A stretch of DNA of 64,000 nucleotides from the NCBI RefSeq assembly GCF_963977555.1, contig NZ_CAXBPD010000021.1, positions 19,195 through 83,194 of the forward strand, written 5' to 3'. Source of the DNA: an uncultured Cyclobacterium sp. GTDB lineage: Bacteria > Bacteroidota > Bacteroidia > Cytophagales > Cyclobacteriaceae. Shown here in pieces: positions 48,725 through 58,307 of this stretch. How positions within the stretch are numbered: position 1 is the stretch's first letter; each line of letters opens with the position of its first letter. The position numbers and the translations under genes were made by a program. The notes under the pieces are model-generated. The model saw only the letters and a list, made by a program, of their open reading frames with translations, did no database searches and was not told where the DNA came from.

Positions 48725-51217
48725 TTAAGAAGGATCCAAAATATTTTTGATTCTCTCCAAACTGTCCTCCAGATGAATCTTACTCATGGTATCTGAAGTC
48801 CCAGGCAGAGCCCGTAATATTTCTCCTTGAATTACATTTAATGAAGCCCTTGACACAGCACGAATATCAGACTGAGAAGCATTAATTGAGGAAGCTGATC
48901 TTCCGCTAGCATCCTTAGTCATCAGCTCTTCAAGTTTTTCTATATGTGCTCGCTGTAGGCTCCTTCTACTAACGTCTATGGCCTCACCTGTGTTGAGCTC
49001 TAGCCAAATTCCATTTCTCAAGTCCGTCATCAATTGTAGTAAGCTGTATGCTTGGGAACCATTAAAGGCTTCATTTTCAATCACCCTTCCTAATCTTCCC
49101 CATTCCAAAATTGCGTTTAATGTCCCTACTTGTATTTTTCTGACCCTGTCAAGCACCCCAATATCTTGAATTTTGTTGGTAATATTGTTGTCTATGAGCC
49201 AGTCCTGTGTTGTAAAGAGCTCCTTTTGGATAAAATCCATGGCCTCCTTCTGTTTTGCCTTGTCTACGTGCGTATAAACATTTTCGTTCTGACCGATGGC
49301 TTTATAAACCTCATATACACCTCCAATATTGGTCTTTACATGCCCCATGTACCGATTGTATTGAGTTAAAACCTGTACATAAAGCTCACTAAGATCTTCA
49401 TAATCCTTATAGGGCTTGTCCAATTCACCAGTCCATTCGATTAAGTTTGGTAGGATACGTTTTAGGTTTCGGATGCCATAAGCAGAGGCCTTAATTGCAT
49501 CATCACCTAAATCCTCGCTTTGCCCACTAGGGTCATAAGCATTGCCCTGTCTTCCGTAACGGTAAATGGGATCTCCATTCTTGGCCACTATCCAGGAATC
49601 TAAAATCTCTTGCTCCTCTTCCGGCGTTTCGGCTTCAAGAATTGGCCTATATCCCCAAGAAATAGCAAACTTATCATAAGGCCCCACCTCGGGAAACAAG
49701 TGTACCCCCTCGTCTTCTGGCTGAGCAACATAATTGAAACGTGCATAATCCATCAATGATGGGGCGGTACCATACTTTGCTGTAAAAGTAGCCGAACGCA
49801 AGGAATCCACAGGATAGGCGAAGGAAGAAGCAAAGTTATGTGGTAAGCCAAGGGTGTGTCCAACTTCATGTGAAGAAACAAATCGGATCAACCTTCCCAT
49901 CACTTCATCCTCAAATTGCATCATTCTGGACTCCGGATTGATTGCTGCTGTTTGCACAAAAAACCAGTTGCGCAAGAGGTTCATCACGTTGTGATACCAA
50001 CCTATATCAGATTCTATAATCTCACCAGAACGAGGGTCTGAGACATGTGGCCCATAGGCATTTTGAATATCTGAGGCGAAATACCTGATCACAGAATACC
50101 TGGCATCCTCCGGATTCCAATCAGGATCTTCCTCTGGACTTGGGGCTTCTTTTGCGGTGATGGCATTTTTAAATCCCGCTTCTTCAAAAGCCGCATTCCA
50201 ATCCTCCACGCCCGCTATTAGGTAAGGTACCCATTGAGAAGGAGTAGCCGGATCTATATAATAGATGATTTGTTTCTTGGGTTCTACCAATTCACCTGCT
50301 TTGAATTTTTCTAGGTCTTCTTCCTTTACCTCTAGTCTCCAGCGGTCCAGGAAGGTTCTTTTGCTTGCTTTATGCGCATCCAATCCATAGTCTGTTACGC
50401 GAGTATTGAACCATCCAACCCTACGATCTGCTAACCTTTGTTTCATAGGCTCTTCAGGAAGCATTACCATGCTGCTGTTCATTTCTAAGGTAATGAGCCC
50501 CGTAGCACCATTTGAGGGCGCTTCAGACGCCGCATAGGTCAGCACATACCTGGCTTCAATATTAGTAGGATAAGGGGTAATTCTTTCAATATAAGACCTG
50601 TCCGTATCCAAACGAGTTACCTTATACCCTTTTCTTCGGCTTTGTTGTAAGCCCAAGGCCTGTACATCCTTGGAGAAAAGATCAGAAACTTCTATCAACC
50701 AACCTTTTCCATCCTTGCCTTTTGCTTCGATGTCGAATCGGTACAAAATAGGTTCCAAATTGGAGTTTTTTACTGCCTGATAAATGGGGAGAGAGTCTGC
50801 GGCTGTGTTGGCATAGGAAACTACTTTTAGCAAAATGTTCTTGTCCTTCTTTTCCCATCGAAGCATTTGGGTATTGGTCCGCTCTCCTCCATACCCTATG
50901 CCGTTGGCAGTCTTAGCGATAGTGGTAACCATGAGCATTTCCTTATCAAGCATTGCTTCAGGAATTTCGTAATAGTACTTTTCATCGACCTTGTGAACAG
51001 TAAACAGGCCTGATTTGGTCTCGGTACTGTCTTTAATTATGTCTTCATAGGATTTCAATCCATCCTTGTTCTTCACAGGCTTTTTTTCCGGCTCTTTGAC
51101 TTCTTGCTCGTCCTTTTTTTTCTTTCTTCGCTGAGCTTCTGCCAAATCCGAAGAAATTAGATTCAGGCTAAAACTTACTAACAGCAAAATCAAAATCCTT
51201 GCTTTTGACTTTAACAT
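48725..51217 (-). CDS. Secreted zinc-dependent metalloprotease (DUF5117/DUF4953 EcxA-like)
   Basis: HEVGHTLGL.HN metzincin motif, SLMDYARFNY Met-turn, DPRSGEI; signal peptide. Confidence 0.9.
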   Translation of the reverse strand: MLKSKARILILLLVSFSLNLISSDLAEAQRRKKKKDEQEVKEPEKKPVKNKDGLKSYEDIIKDSTETKSGLFTVHKVDEKYYYEIPEAMLDKEMLMVTTIAKTANGIGYGGERTNTQMLRWEKKDKNILLKVVSYANTAADSLPIYQAVKNSNLEPILYRFDIEAKGKDGKGWLIEVSDLFSKDVQALGLQQSRRKGYKVTRLDTDRSYIERITPYPTNIEARYVLTYAASEAPSNGATGLITLEMNSSMVMLPEEPMKQRLADRRVGWFNTRVTDYGLDAHKASKRTFLDRWRLEVKEEDLEKFKAGELVEPKKQIIYYIDPATPSQWVPYLIAGVEDWNAAFEEAGFKNAITAKEAPSPEEDPDWNPEDARYSVIRYFASDIQNAYGPHVSDPRSGEIIESDIGWYHNVMNLLRNWFFVQTAAINPESRMMQFEDEVMGRLIRFVSSHEVGHTLGLPHNFASSFAYPVDSLRSATFTAKYGTAPSLMDYARFNYVAQPEDEGVHLFPEVGPYDKFAISWGYRPILEAETPEEEQEILDSWIVAKNGDPIYRYGRQGNAYDPSGQSEDLGDDAIKASAYGIRNLKRILPNLIEWTGELDKPYKDYEDLSELYVQVLTQYNRYMGHVKTNIGGVYEVYKAIGQNENVYTHVDKAKQKEAMDFIQKELFTTQDWLIDNNITNKIQDIGVLDRVRKIQVGTLNAILEWGRLGRVIENEAFNGSQAYSLLQLMTDLRNGIWLELNTGEAIDVSRRSLQRAHIEKLEELMTKDASGRSASSINASQSDIRAVSRASLNVIQGEILRALPGTSDTMSKIHLEDSLERIKNILDPS

Positions 51218-51333
51218 ATGGGTTTATTTAATTAAGTTAAGAATAATAGAAGGTCAAAATTAAAATTTTAATTCGTAAACTTGGTAAAAGCCAGCAGCTA
51301 AATCATATAGGCCTAAACCATTGTCCGTTCCCA

Positions 51334-52464
51334 TTGTTAATAAAAACCATGGATAAAAATCAAATTACAATCATTGGAGGAGGGCTTTCCGGACTTGTTT
51401 CTGCCTACCTATTGGCAAAGGCGGGTAAAAGTGTTCTTGTGATTGAGAAAAAGAGTTATCCTTTTCACAGGGTCTGTGGCGAATACATTTCCAATGAAGT
51501 CAGGGATTTCTTAATCCAAAATGAATTATTCCCTTTCTCACTTGAACCTGCAGAAATCAATACTTTCAGGCTTACTGCCGTCAACGGAGCCATCGCTGAA
51601 GTCCCACTGGGTTTGGGTGGATTTGGAATTAGTCGGTACAACTTAGACCACTTCCTATACCAAAAATGTCAAAATATCGGGGTGAAATTTCTATTGAAAA
51701 CCCAGGCAGCTACGATAGATTACGAGCCAGGCCGGATGGTATTTGAAGTAACTACCAATGAGGGTCACTTACTGACTTCCCCAATCGTTTTGGCCGCTTA
51801 TGGGAAAAGGTCCAAAATAGACAAATACCTTAACCGAAGTTATTTGAAGCATAGAAGCCCTTATGTAGGCATTAAATACCATATTAAAATAGCGCATGAA
51901 GAAAATATGGTGGCCTTGCACAATTATAATGGAGGCTACCTGGGCATCAATAAAATCGAGAATGGCCAATTTAACCTTTGCTACTTGGGCAGTAGAGCGC
52001 AACTAAAAGCTGCGGGAAATATCCAAAGCATGGAAGAGCAATACTTGTTTAAAAATCCCCACATAAAAGAGCTCTACAACCAGGCAGAATTTCTCTGGGA
52101 AAAGCCTGAAGTAATCAATGAGATCAGTTTCGCCACCAAGTCTCCGGTAGAAAACCAGGTGCTGATGATTGGAGACGCAGCCGGAATGATTACTCCTTTA
52201 TGTGGCAATGGCATGGCCATCGCTATACATACGGGTAAGCTCGCCACTGATGCCATACTCAAGCATAGAAAATTAGAAATGATTCAAAAAGAATATACCA
52301 AAGCGTGGAACCAGTATTTTTACAGTCGATTGCGAACTGGAAGAGCCGTACAAAGGCTTTTCGGTGCCCCTATTGTGTCAAACGTTGCTGTGAATTTGAT
52401 CAAAAAATCTCCCTACTTGGCAAAAAAACTCATCCTTCAAACCCATGGACAACCCATAAAATAA
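51334..52464 (+). CDS. NAD(P)/FAD-dependent oxidoreductase (geranylgeranyl reductase-like)
   Basis: IIGGGLSG, HRVCGEYIS, IGDAAG.I.PLCGNGM; likely start MDKNQ at 51349. Confidence 0.88.
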   Translation: MLIKTMDKNQITIIGGGLSGLVSAYLLAKAGKSVLVIEKKSYPFHRVCGEYISNEVRDFLIQNELFPFSLEPAEINTFRLTAVNGAIAEVPLGLGGFGISRYNLDHFLYQKCQNIGVKFLLKTQAATIDYEPGRMVFEVTTNEGHLLTSPIVLAAYGKRSKIDKYLNRSYLKHRSPYVGIKYHIKIAHEENMVALHNYNGGYLGINKIENGQFNLCYLGSRAQLKAAGNIQSMEEQYLFKNPHIKELYNQAEFLWEKPEVINEISFATKSPVENQVLMIGDAAGMITPLCGNGMAIAIHTGKLATDAILKHRKLEMIQKEYTKAWNQYFYSRLRTGRAVQRLFGAPIVSNVAVNLIKKSPYLAKKLILQTHGQPIK

Positions 52465-52497
52465 AAATGCTCCCAAGCCTAAGCCAAGGAGCATTTT
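52464..52497 (+). terminator. Probable terminator hairpin
   Basis: aaaatgctcc / ggagcatttt inverted repeat immediately after the stop codon. Confidence 0.55.
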
Positions 52498-52748
52498 CAA
52501 TAAAATTTGAATATTAAAGGTTATTTAGAAGGTTCACTATGGTGGTGCTATGACTAAGTCTCCAAATAACCAGATTTTTTGGTGATTACGCCACTCCCTG
52601 AGAAAGGTCAGGACAGGCACTACCCCTGACTATAATTAGGGCGGGGAAATCCTATTGCATAATTTCATCTAACTCCTACAATTACAAGTTTAAATTAACC
52701 GCTTAATATGATTTAAAGGCTTAAGCAACTAGTTACCCTTATCTCTTC

Positions 52749-52840
52749 CTGTTCATTTTTGGCCCTGAGTGAATTGTAAATCAGGGCAGGCTATGCCCCA
52801 AAAACGAACCAAAAAAGTCAAGGCTGTATGTAAATCTTAA
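52749..52840 (+). repeat. Dispersed ~90-bp MITE/REP-like element, copy 1
   Basis: ctgttcattttt..ccctga..tcagggcaggctatg..aaaaacgaaccaaaaaa.tcaaggctgt..aaatctt matches the reverse complement of 63281-63369. Confidence 0.75.
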
Positions 52841-52965
52841 CGCAAAATGAATACTCACTAGCTAAACAAAAAAAACTCCGCCGAAAAGGCGTCAGACAGT
52901 TTTTTTGTTCTTAACGCCATTGAGCATCTATTTTACTAATTTCCATAAGGCCAAATTAAAAAAGG

Positions 52966-53028
52966 AAATGGCAAAAATCTAAGTTAGCTGTCCTACGTTA
53001 CTTTTTCCGAGGTCTTAGAATTCCATCT
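52966..53028 (-). ncRNA. Probable Flavo-1-like structured RNA
   Basis: Minus strand ..ttctaag-a-cctcggaaaaagtaacgtagg-acagctaa-cttagatt..; the inner cctcg..AAGTAACGTAGG resembles the Flavo-1 motif as I recall it (not searched). Confidence 0.5.
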
Positions 53029-53111
53029 AACGCTATATAGCTAAACGTTAAATTCTGTGTTAATACTGACTGTTAAATTTAATGTATTCCAAAAACCCTG
53101 CAGGGGTGAAA

Positions 53112-53149
53112 TATTTATAGACAGGGGCTCACACCCCTGTCTATAAATA
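53112..53149. other. Perfect 16-bp hairpin (terminator or REP-like)
   Basis: tatttatagacagggg-ctcaca-cccctgtctataaata, about 120 nt downstream of the TonB receptor stop. Confidence 0.6.
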
Positions 53150-53269
53150 ACAAGTACATCACGATTTTGGCAACATTGTTGCTTTTTTTCTGCAACAATG
53201 CTGACAAAATCTCTCAAGTCGATCACCTTGTATTACATTTTCCCATGTCTTAGAATCCGGGTTGAAAGA

Positions 53270-55672
53270 TCAAAAACGAATCGCTACACCTGCCATAAAG
53301 CTTGTTCCTGCCATGGGATAATAATAGTTTTCTGCCACACGTTCCATACCTTGTCCTTCACTGGAAGGAACGAAATAACCAAAAGTGTAACCATTAGGCT
53401 CGTAGAGGTTATTAAAGATATTATTGACCTTACCAGTAAACACCATTTCTTTCACAAACCCAGGTTTCCAGGAATAAATAAATCTCAAATCAGAGGTCCA
53501 GTAAGCATCTAAGCTCCTTGCTTCTTGCTGCGCATTGTCCAAAAATTGTTGGCCAACATACTTGTTAAGCAAACTGACTTCCAGATTTTTTATTGGCCTG
53601 AAGTCTATGATGGCACTTGCTACCATGTCTGGAGAGAAAGCAATGTCTGTATTGGTATAAGTAATGCTTTCCTGACCTGTAAAAGCCCAGTTCTCATCGT
53701 ACACATCGCTGAACTCAGTATAGGTATCAATCTTGTTTTGACTAAAAGCGATGTTACCTCCCAGCGTAAATTTAGGTGAGAGCACTACAGCACCGTCAAG
53801 TTCTATTCCCGCTCTGTAGCTACTGGCTACATTCTCACGAATATACGCCCCTACATCATTCAACTGACCTGTTAGCACCAATTGATCCTTGTATCCCATA
53901 TAATACAAATTGGCATTGTACTGAAAGTTGGATTGCTTTACCCTTATTCCAGCCTCCACATTATTTAGTTTTTCAGGTCTAGGGATTTCTGATATAGGAG
54001 AATCTGTGAAATCACTTCTTACAGGCTCCCTATTGGCCACTGCATAGGAGGCGTAAAGGGTTTTGCCAGTTCCGGTTTCGTAGGATAAGCCAAGTTTAGG
54101 ATTGAAGAAAGTATAGGATTGATTGCCACTAACATTTCTTTGATCGCTATTTTTGCCATCGAAAGAATAGTCAATGCCTCTTACCTGCAGGTCTGCAAAC
54201 AAATACAACCTTTCCTTCACCTCGTAGGTGGCTTTTAGGTACACATTCCTATCATCTTTTACAGCAACATTGTTGTAATACCTGTCTCTGATATTGTTAT
54301 TCCCGGTGACTCCCATCCAGATAATTTCACCAAAATGGTCTCCATCGTACCTGTTGGCTCCTCCCCCCAGAATTGCATCTAATCTTCCGTCAGTTGACAC
54401 GTAATTTAGGGAAAATACAGCACCATAAAAGTCATTGTCCAACCACCTTCTGCGAATAATATCGGTACTGTTGATTACCTGATCACCTATTTGAACAGGT
54501 TCAAATCCATAATCCTCTAAGTCATCGTCGCCTCTAAACTGTTCATAATACCCTTGTCCAGCAGTGTAATGTAAGGCAAAATTGGCTTTCAAATTGTCTG
54601 ATAATGTGCCAGCATAGATGAACTGATAATGGTTTTGTTGGTAATTATCCGTTTCGTTCTCATAGGTATAGCCATTGTAGGTCCGATCGGATTCAAGTAG
54701 GTTTTCGGGCACTCCATTCCAAGCTTGATAAGTTTGTTCCGAGCCGGCAAAAATATTTACCTTAAACACATGATTTTCTCCATAATAGCCCCCAGACACA
54801 AAGTACGATTTCAGGTCTGAAAAAGCCCTGTCTATATAGCCATCAGAAGTGACTTGAGATAGCCTTGCGTCTACAGCCCATTTATCATTGATCAATCCTG
54901 TTCCAGCTTTTATGGTATGCTTTCTTGTGTTGAAAGAGCCATAGGAATTGTCCGTTTCCGCGTAAGCATCTTCTTTTTTGGTGTCGGTCTGAATGTTGAG
55001 GCTGGCACCAAAGGTAGCAGCCCCGTTGGTAGAAGTACCCACACCACGTTGGATCTGGATATTGTCCACTGAGGAGGCAAAATCAGGCATATTCACCCAG
55101 AAAACACCATGCGATTCGGCGTCATTGAGCGGAATACCATTTACAGTGACATTGATCCTCGTCTGATCTGTCCCTCTGATTCTCATACCTGTGTAGCCCA
55201 CACCTGTTCCCGCATCAGAGTGGGTCACAATAGAAGGCGTATAATTGAGTAAAAGAGGGAGGTCTTGACCAAGGTTGTCTTTACCAATCACCTCTTTACC
55301 GATCACTTGAAAAGTAGTAGGAGTGGTTTCTGAAGCCCTTGTTCCTGAAACAATAAATTCTTCAGTGGTAAAGGTCGTACCATTAAGTCCAATTAGTAAA
55401 TCTTCTTGTTGAGGAAGTGCTACTGATATCGTTTTAGACGAATAACCTACAAAAGAAATGCGAACAGTGGTCTTTTTTTGATTTAGATTATTCAAAAGAA
55501 ATGCTCCATTTTGGTCACTTACAGTGCCTTTATCGGTTCCTTCTATGTATATGGTAGCACCTGGAAGAGGCATATCATTTTCAGCATCCTTTACAATCCC
55601 ACGGATACTATTTTGGGCAATAGACAATTGGCACAGCAATATAAATACTGCCGATAAACAAATACGAATCAT
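53270..55672 (-). CDS. TonB-dependent receptor, probably thiamine uptake
   Basis: CarboxypepD_reg-like N-terminus, plug (RIRG.D..RINVT.NGIPLND), C-terminal F; TPP riboswitch upstream. Confidence 0.92.
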   Translation of the reverse strand: MIRICLSAVFILLCQLSIAQNSIRGIVKDAENDMPLPGATIYIEGTDKGTVSDQNGAFLLNNLNQKKTTVRISFVGYSSKTISVALPQQEDLLIGLNGTTFTTEEFIVSGTRASETTPTTFQVIGKEVIGKDNLGQDLPLLLNYTPSIVTHSDAGTGVGYTGMRIRGTDQTRINVTVNGIPLNDAESHGVFWVNMPDFASSVDNIQIQRGVGTSTNGAATFGASLNIQTDTKKEDAYAETDNSYGSFNTRKHTIKAGTGLINDKWAVDARLSQVTSDGYIDRAFSDLKSYFVSGGYYGENHVFKVNIFAGSEQTYQAWNGVPENLLESDRTYNGYTYENETDNYQQNHYQFIYAGTLSDNLKANFALHYTAGQGYYEQFRGDDDLEDYGFEPVQIGDQVINSTDIIRRRWLDNDFYGAVFSLNYVSTDGRLDAILGGGANRYDGDHFGEIIWMGVTGNNNIRDRYYNNVAVKDDRNVYLKATYEVKERLYLFADLQVRGIDYSFDGKNSDQRNVSGNQSYTFFNPKLGLSYETGTGKTLYASYAVANREPVRSDFTDSPISEIPRPEKLNNVEAGIRVKQSNFQYNANLYYMGYKDQLVLTGQLNDVGAYIRENVASSYRAGIELDGAVVLSPKFTLGGNIAFSQNKIDTYTEFSDVYDENWAFTGQESITYTNTDIAFSPDMVASAIIDFRPIKNLEVSLLNKYVGQQFLDNAQQEARSLDAYWTSDLRFIYSWKPGFVKEMVFTGKVNNIFNNLYEPNGYTFGYFVPSSEGQGMERVAENYYYPMAGTSFMAGVAIRF

Positions 55673-55767
55673 TTAAATAAATTTTTCTGGTTAAACATAG
55701 CAGAAATGAGGGGACAATTCTACTTTAGTTGTTTACCCAATAGCATTACGTACGATTAGCTATTTCA

Positions 55768-55845
55768 CATTTCCCTTCGCCGGCATTATCCGGATCAGGT
55801 GATATGGGTATGATCTCAGCCCGTTATATTAAGGCACCCCTAATG
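55768..55845 (-). ncRNA. TPP riboswitch
   Basis: Minus strand GGGGTGCC..GGCTGAGATCATACCC..ACCTGATCCGGATAATGCCGGCGAAGGGAA matches the THI-box consensus. Confidence 0.95.
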
Positions 55846-55854
55846 ATCTTGCCA

Positions 55855-55886
55855 CAAATGTAGCTGGTATTATTTAAAATGACAAA
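55855..55886 (-). promoter_or_regulatory. Canonical Bacteroidota sigma-A promoter (-33/-7)
   Basis: TTTG-N20-TACATTTG immediately upstream of the riboswitch. Confidence 0.8.
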
Positions 55887-55901
55887 CTTTGGCCTTTACT
55901 C

Positions 55902-56969
55902 TTAAGCGTTGCCCAACACCTTCAAATGGCGGAAATGGGAAATAAAAGCCCTTCTTAATTGTCTATGTTCAAGGTATTGAATATTATAATCCTTGCAGGT
56001 TTGCTTGATAATTTTGCTTAGGGCAGGATAATGAATATGCGAAACTTTGGGGAATAAGTGGTGCTCAATCTGAAAATTCAAGCCTCCTAAAAACCAAGTA
56101 AGGGTTTTGTAACCAGTAGCAAAATTGGCAGTCGTTCTGATCTGATGAATCATCCATTCATCTTCCAAACAATTGGATACAGCCTCAGGAACAGGGAAGG
56201 CAGTTTCTTCTAAGCTGTGTGCCAATTGGAATACAAGTGTTAGTACAAGTCCTGCAAAAAGGCCATACACAAGAAAGCCTATTAACCATGGAACCCAACC
56301 AACCATGTAAATTGGAATGGCAACAAAAAGCACCAAGTGAAGTGCCTTAAAACCCCAGAAACTGATATGATCAGAAAGTTTCATTTTTTGAATAGGCACT
56401 ATTCCTACTTTTCCAGTTACGTATTTTTTATAATCCGTGAAAAACACCCAGTAGAGATACAATAGGGAGTAAGTGAAAATAAAATAATAATGTTGAAACT
56501 GGTGGATTTTGAATTTCTTTTGACTTGGAGACAGGCGTAAAAATGGCCTTGCGTTCAAGTCATCATCTACGCCATCTACGTTTGTAAAAGAGTGGTGCAC
56601 AACATTGTGCTTTGTTTTCCACATGAAAACATTCGCTCCCAGAAAATTAATAGACATTCCTGCGAGGGTGTTGACCCAAGGACGGTCGCTAAAACTCCCA
56701 TGAGCACCATCATGCATTACATTAAAGCCAATAAAGGCGGTTAATGCACCTAAAATTAAGCATTCAAACAACCCTAAAATCCAATGTGGAGTAAAAAACA
56801 CAAGGTGGATGTACAGCAATAGAAATGAGGCCAAAATTATTCCTGCTTTAATAAATAGTTGCGAATTTCCTGAACGAGCAATATTTTGAGCTTTAAAATA
56901 TTCGCTCACCCTTGATTTCACAACTTGATTGAAATTGATTTTAGGTCTAGAGAATTTAGGCGTCGCCAT
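55902..56969 (-). CDS. Fatty acid (acyl-CoA/linoleoyl-type) desaturase
   Basis: Three His boxes HDGAH, HNVVHH, QIEHH. Confidence 0.93.
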   Translation of the reverse strand: MATPKFSRPKINFNQVVKSRVSEYFKAQNIARSGNSQLFIKAGIILASFLLLYIHLVFFTPHWILGLFECLILGALTAFIGFNVMHDGAHGSFSDRPWVNTLAGMSINFLGANVFMWKTKHNVVHHSFTNVDGVDDDLNARPFLRLSPSQKKFKIHQFQHYYFIFTYSLLYLYWVFFTDYKKYVTGKVGIVPIQKMKLSDHISFWGFKALHLVLFVAIPIYMVGWVPWLIGFLVYGLFAGLVLTLVFQLAHSLEETAFPVPEAVSNCLEDEWMIHQIRTTANFATGYKTLTWFLGGLNFQIEHHLFPKVSHIHYPALSKIIKQTCKDYNIQYLEHRQLRRAFISHFRHLKVLGNA

Positions 56970-57063
56970 ATATTAATTATAAGTAAATGATTTAGGATAA
57001 TAGTACTTGGCCAAAGTAAAGTTAGGGAAAAATGATTGGGGGATGCCCATGAAAGGTACCAAT

Positions 57064-57678
57064 TTAATTTGACATTTTCAATTCAAACGAAAGTGTATTG
57101 ATCAAATGGATCATGTCTGTTTTGATATATTCGATGATAGGAGCCAGGGAATCATTTTTAACAGCTGTCTGAAAATACAACGCTCCTCTGAGAAAATGTT
57201 GTGTAGAATCAGTAACAAAAAATTGAAACTGGGTAGGCACATCTCCACTTAACTCTGAGACAAAGCCTGTGTATCCCTTGGGTGTCAGCAACACCGCTTC
57301 ATCGATACCATAAGCCTTTACCTGATGCTTAAAGGTAAGGCTCATCGCATCATCCAAATAGGTTTTAAACAATGCCTTGTCCCCTTTGATGGCCTTATAG
57401 GTCAAGTGGACCCTTGCATCAAAATCGGTATAATGGACGTTGACCCAGGTTTTTTCCTGCAGGTTAAAAGAGTCCCGTTCAATTTTTGCGTGAACGGAAT
57501 AATCGAAATTATAAGGCATTTCCTTATCTAAAGAAACAAAATCCCGCATTGGCAAATCAATGCGGTTGTAACCTTTGGGTTTGGGAAGGTAGTCCTCACT
57601 ACAAGCCCCAATCAAAAGCATCGTCAACCAACAAAAGGCCAAAGCAGGATTTTGAAATTGTTTTTTTAGAAAAACCAT
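57064..57678 (-). CDS. gldD: Gliding motility lipoprotein GldD
   Basis: Lipobox IGAC-SEDYLPKPKGYNRIDLP, QFFVTDST.HFLRGALYF; ATG at 57678 overlaps the upstream stop (TAATG), preferred over the track start 57693. Confidence 0.9.
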   Translation of the reverse strand: MVFLKKQFQNPALAFCWLTMLLIGACSEDYLPKPKGYNRIDLPMRDFVSLDKEMPYNFDYSVHAKIERDSFNLQEKTWVNVHYTDFDARVHLTYKAIKGDKALFKTYLDDAMSLTFKHQVKAYGIDEAVLLTPKGYTGFVSELSGDVPTQFQFFVTDSTQHFLRGALYFQTAVKNDSLAPIIEYIKTDMIHLINTLSFELKMSN

Positions 57679-58307
57679 TATTCTTTCACCCAAGTCACTT
57701 TATCTGAAATTGGTGTTCTCTTTCCCTCTGGCCATTTGTCTGATGCAGCCTTGGCAACAAAGAAAAAGCCCATCAATAGGTCTTCCTCGGCTAAGCCAAA
57801 GAAAGTTTTGGCTTCCGGCCAAAAAGTAGGTGCCCCTGTACTCCAATAAGCCGCCAATCCTCTGGCACTAGCTGTAAGGTACATGTTTTGAACCGCCATG
57901 GCTACAGCCGCTATTTCCTCCATTTCAGGAAGATTGGCACGCAAGTCCCTTTTCATACCTATGGCTATAACGTGAGAGGCTTTTAAAGGACTTTCTTTCA
58001 ATTTGTTATAAACAGCCTCCTTAAAAATACCTGTCTTTTCACTTCGCTCTTTGTACAAGTTCGACTGATAATCAGCCAATGTTTTCAAGCCTTCACCTGA
58101 AAACACTGTGAAACACCAGGGCTCCGTTAGCTTATGCGTAGGTGCCCAGTTGGCATTTTCCAAAAGCTCTTTAATAATACTCTCGTCTATAGGATCATTT
58201 TCCTTAAACTGAGCAACAAATTGAGACCTTCTATTCCTAATGATTTTATTGACTTCTTCTATATTGAATACTGGCTTATTGTTCATATTTGATTTATTTT
58301 TTACCAC
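57678..58307 (-). CDS. Nitroreductase family protein
   Basis: IIRNRRS, ANWAPTHKLTEPW.F, AVQNMYL.A.A.GL..YWSTG; start may be MNNKP at 58286. Confidence 0.9.
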   Translation of the reverse strand: MVKNKSNMNNKPVFNIEEVNKIIRNRRSQFVAQFKENDPIDESIIKELLENANWAPTHKLTEPWCFTVFSGEGLKTLADYQSNLYKERSEKTGIFKEAVYNKLKESPLKASHVIAIGMKRDLRANLPEMEEIAAVAMAVQNMYLTASARGLAAYWSTGAPTFWPEAKTFFGLAEEDLLMGFFFVAKAASDKWPEGKRTPISDKVTWVKE

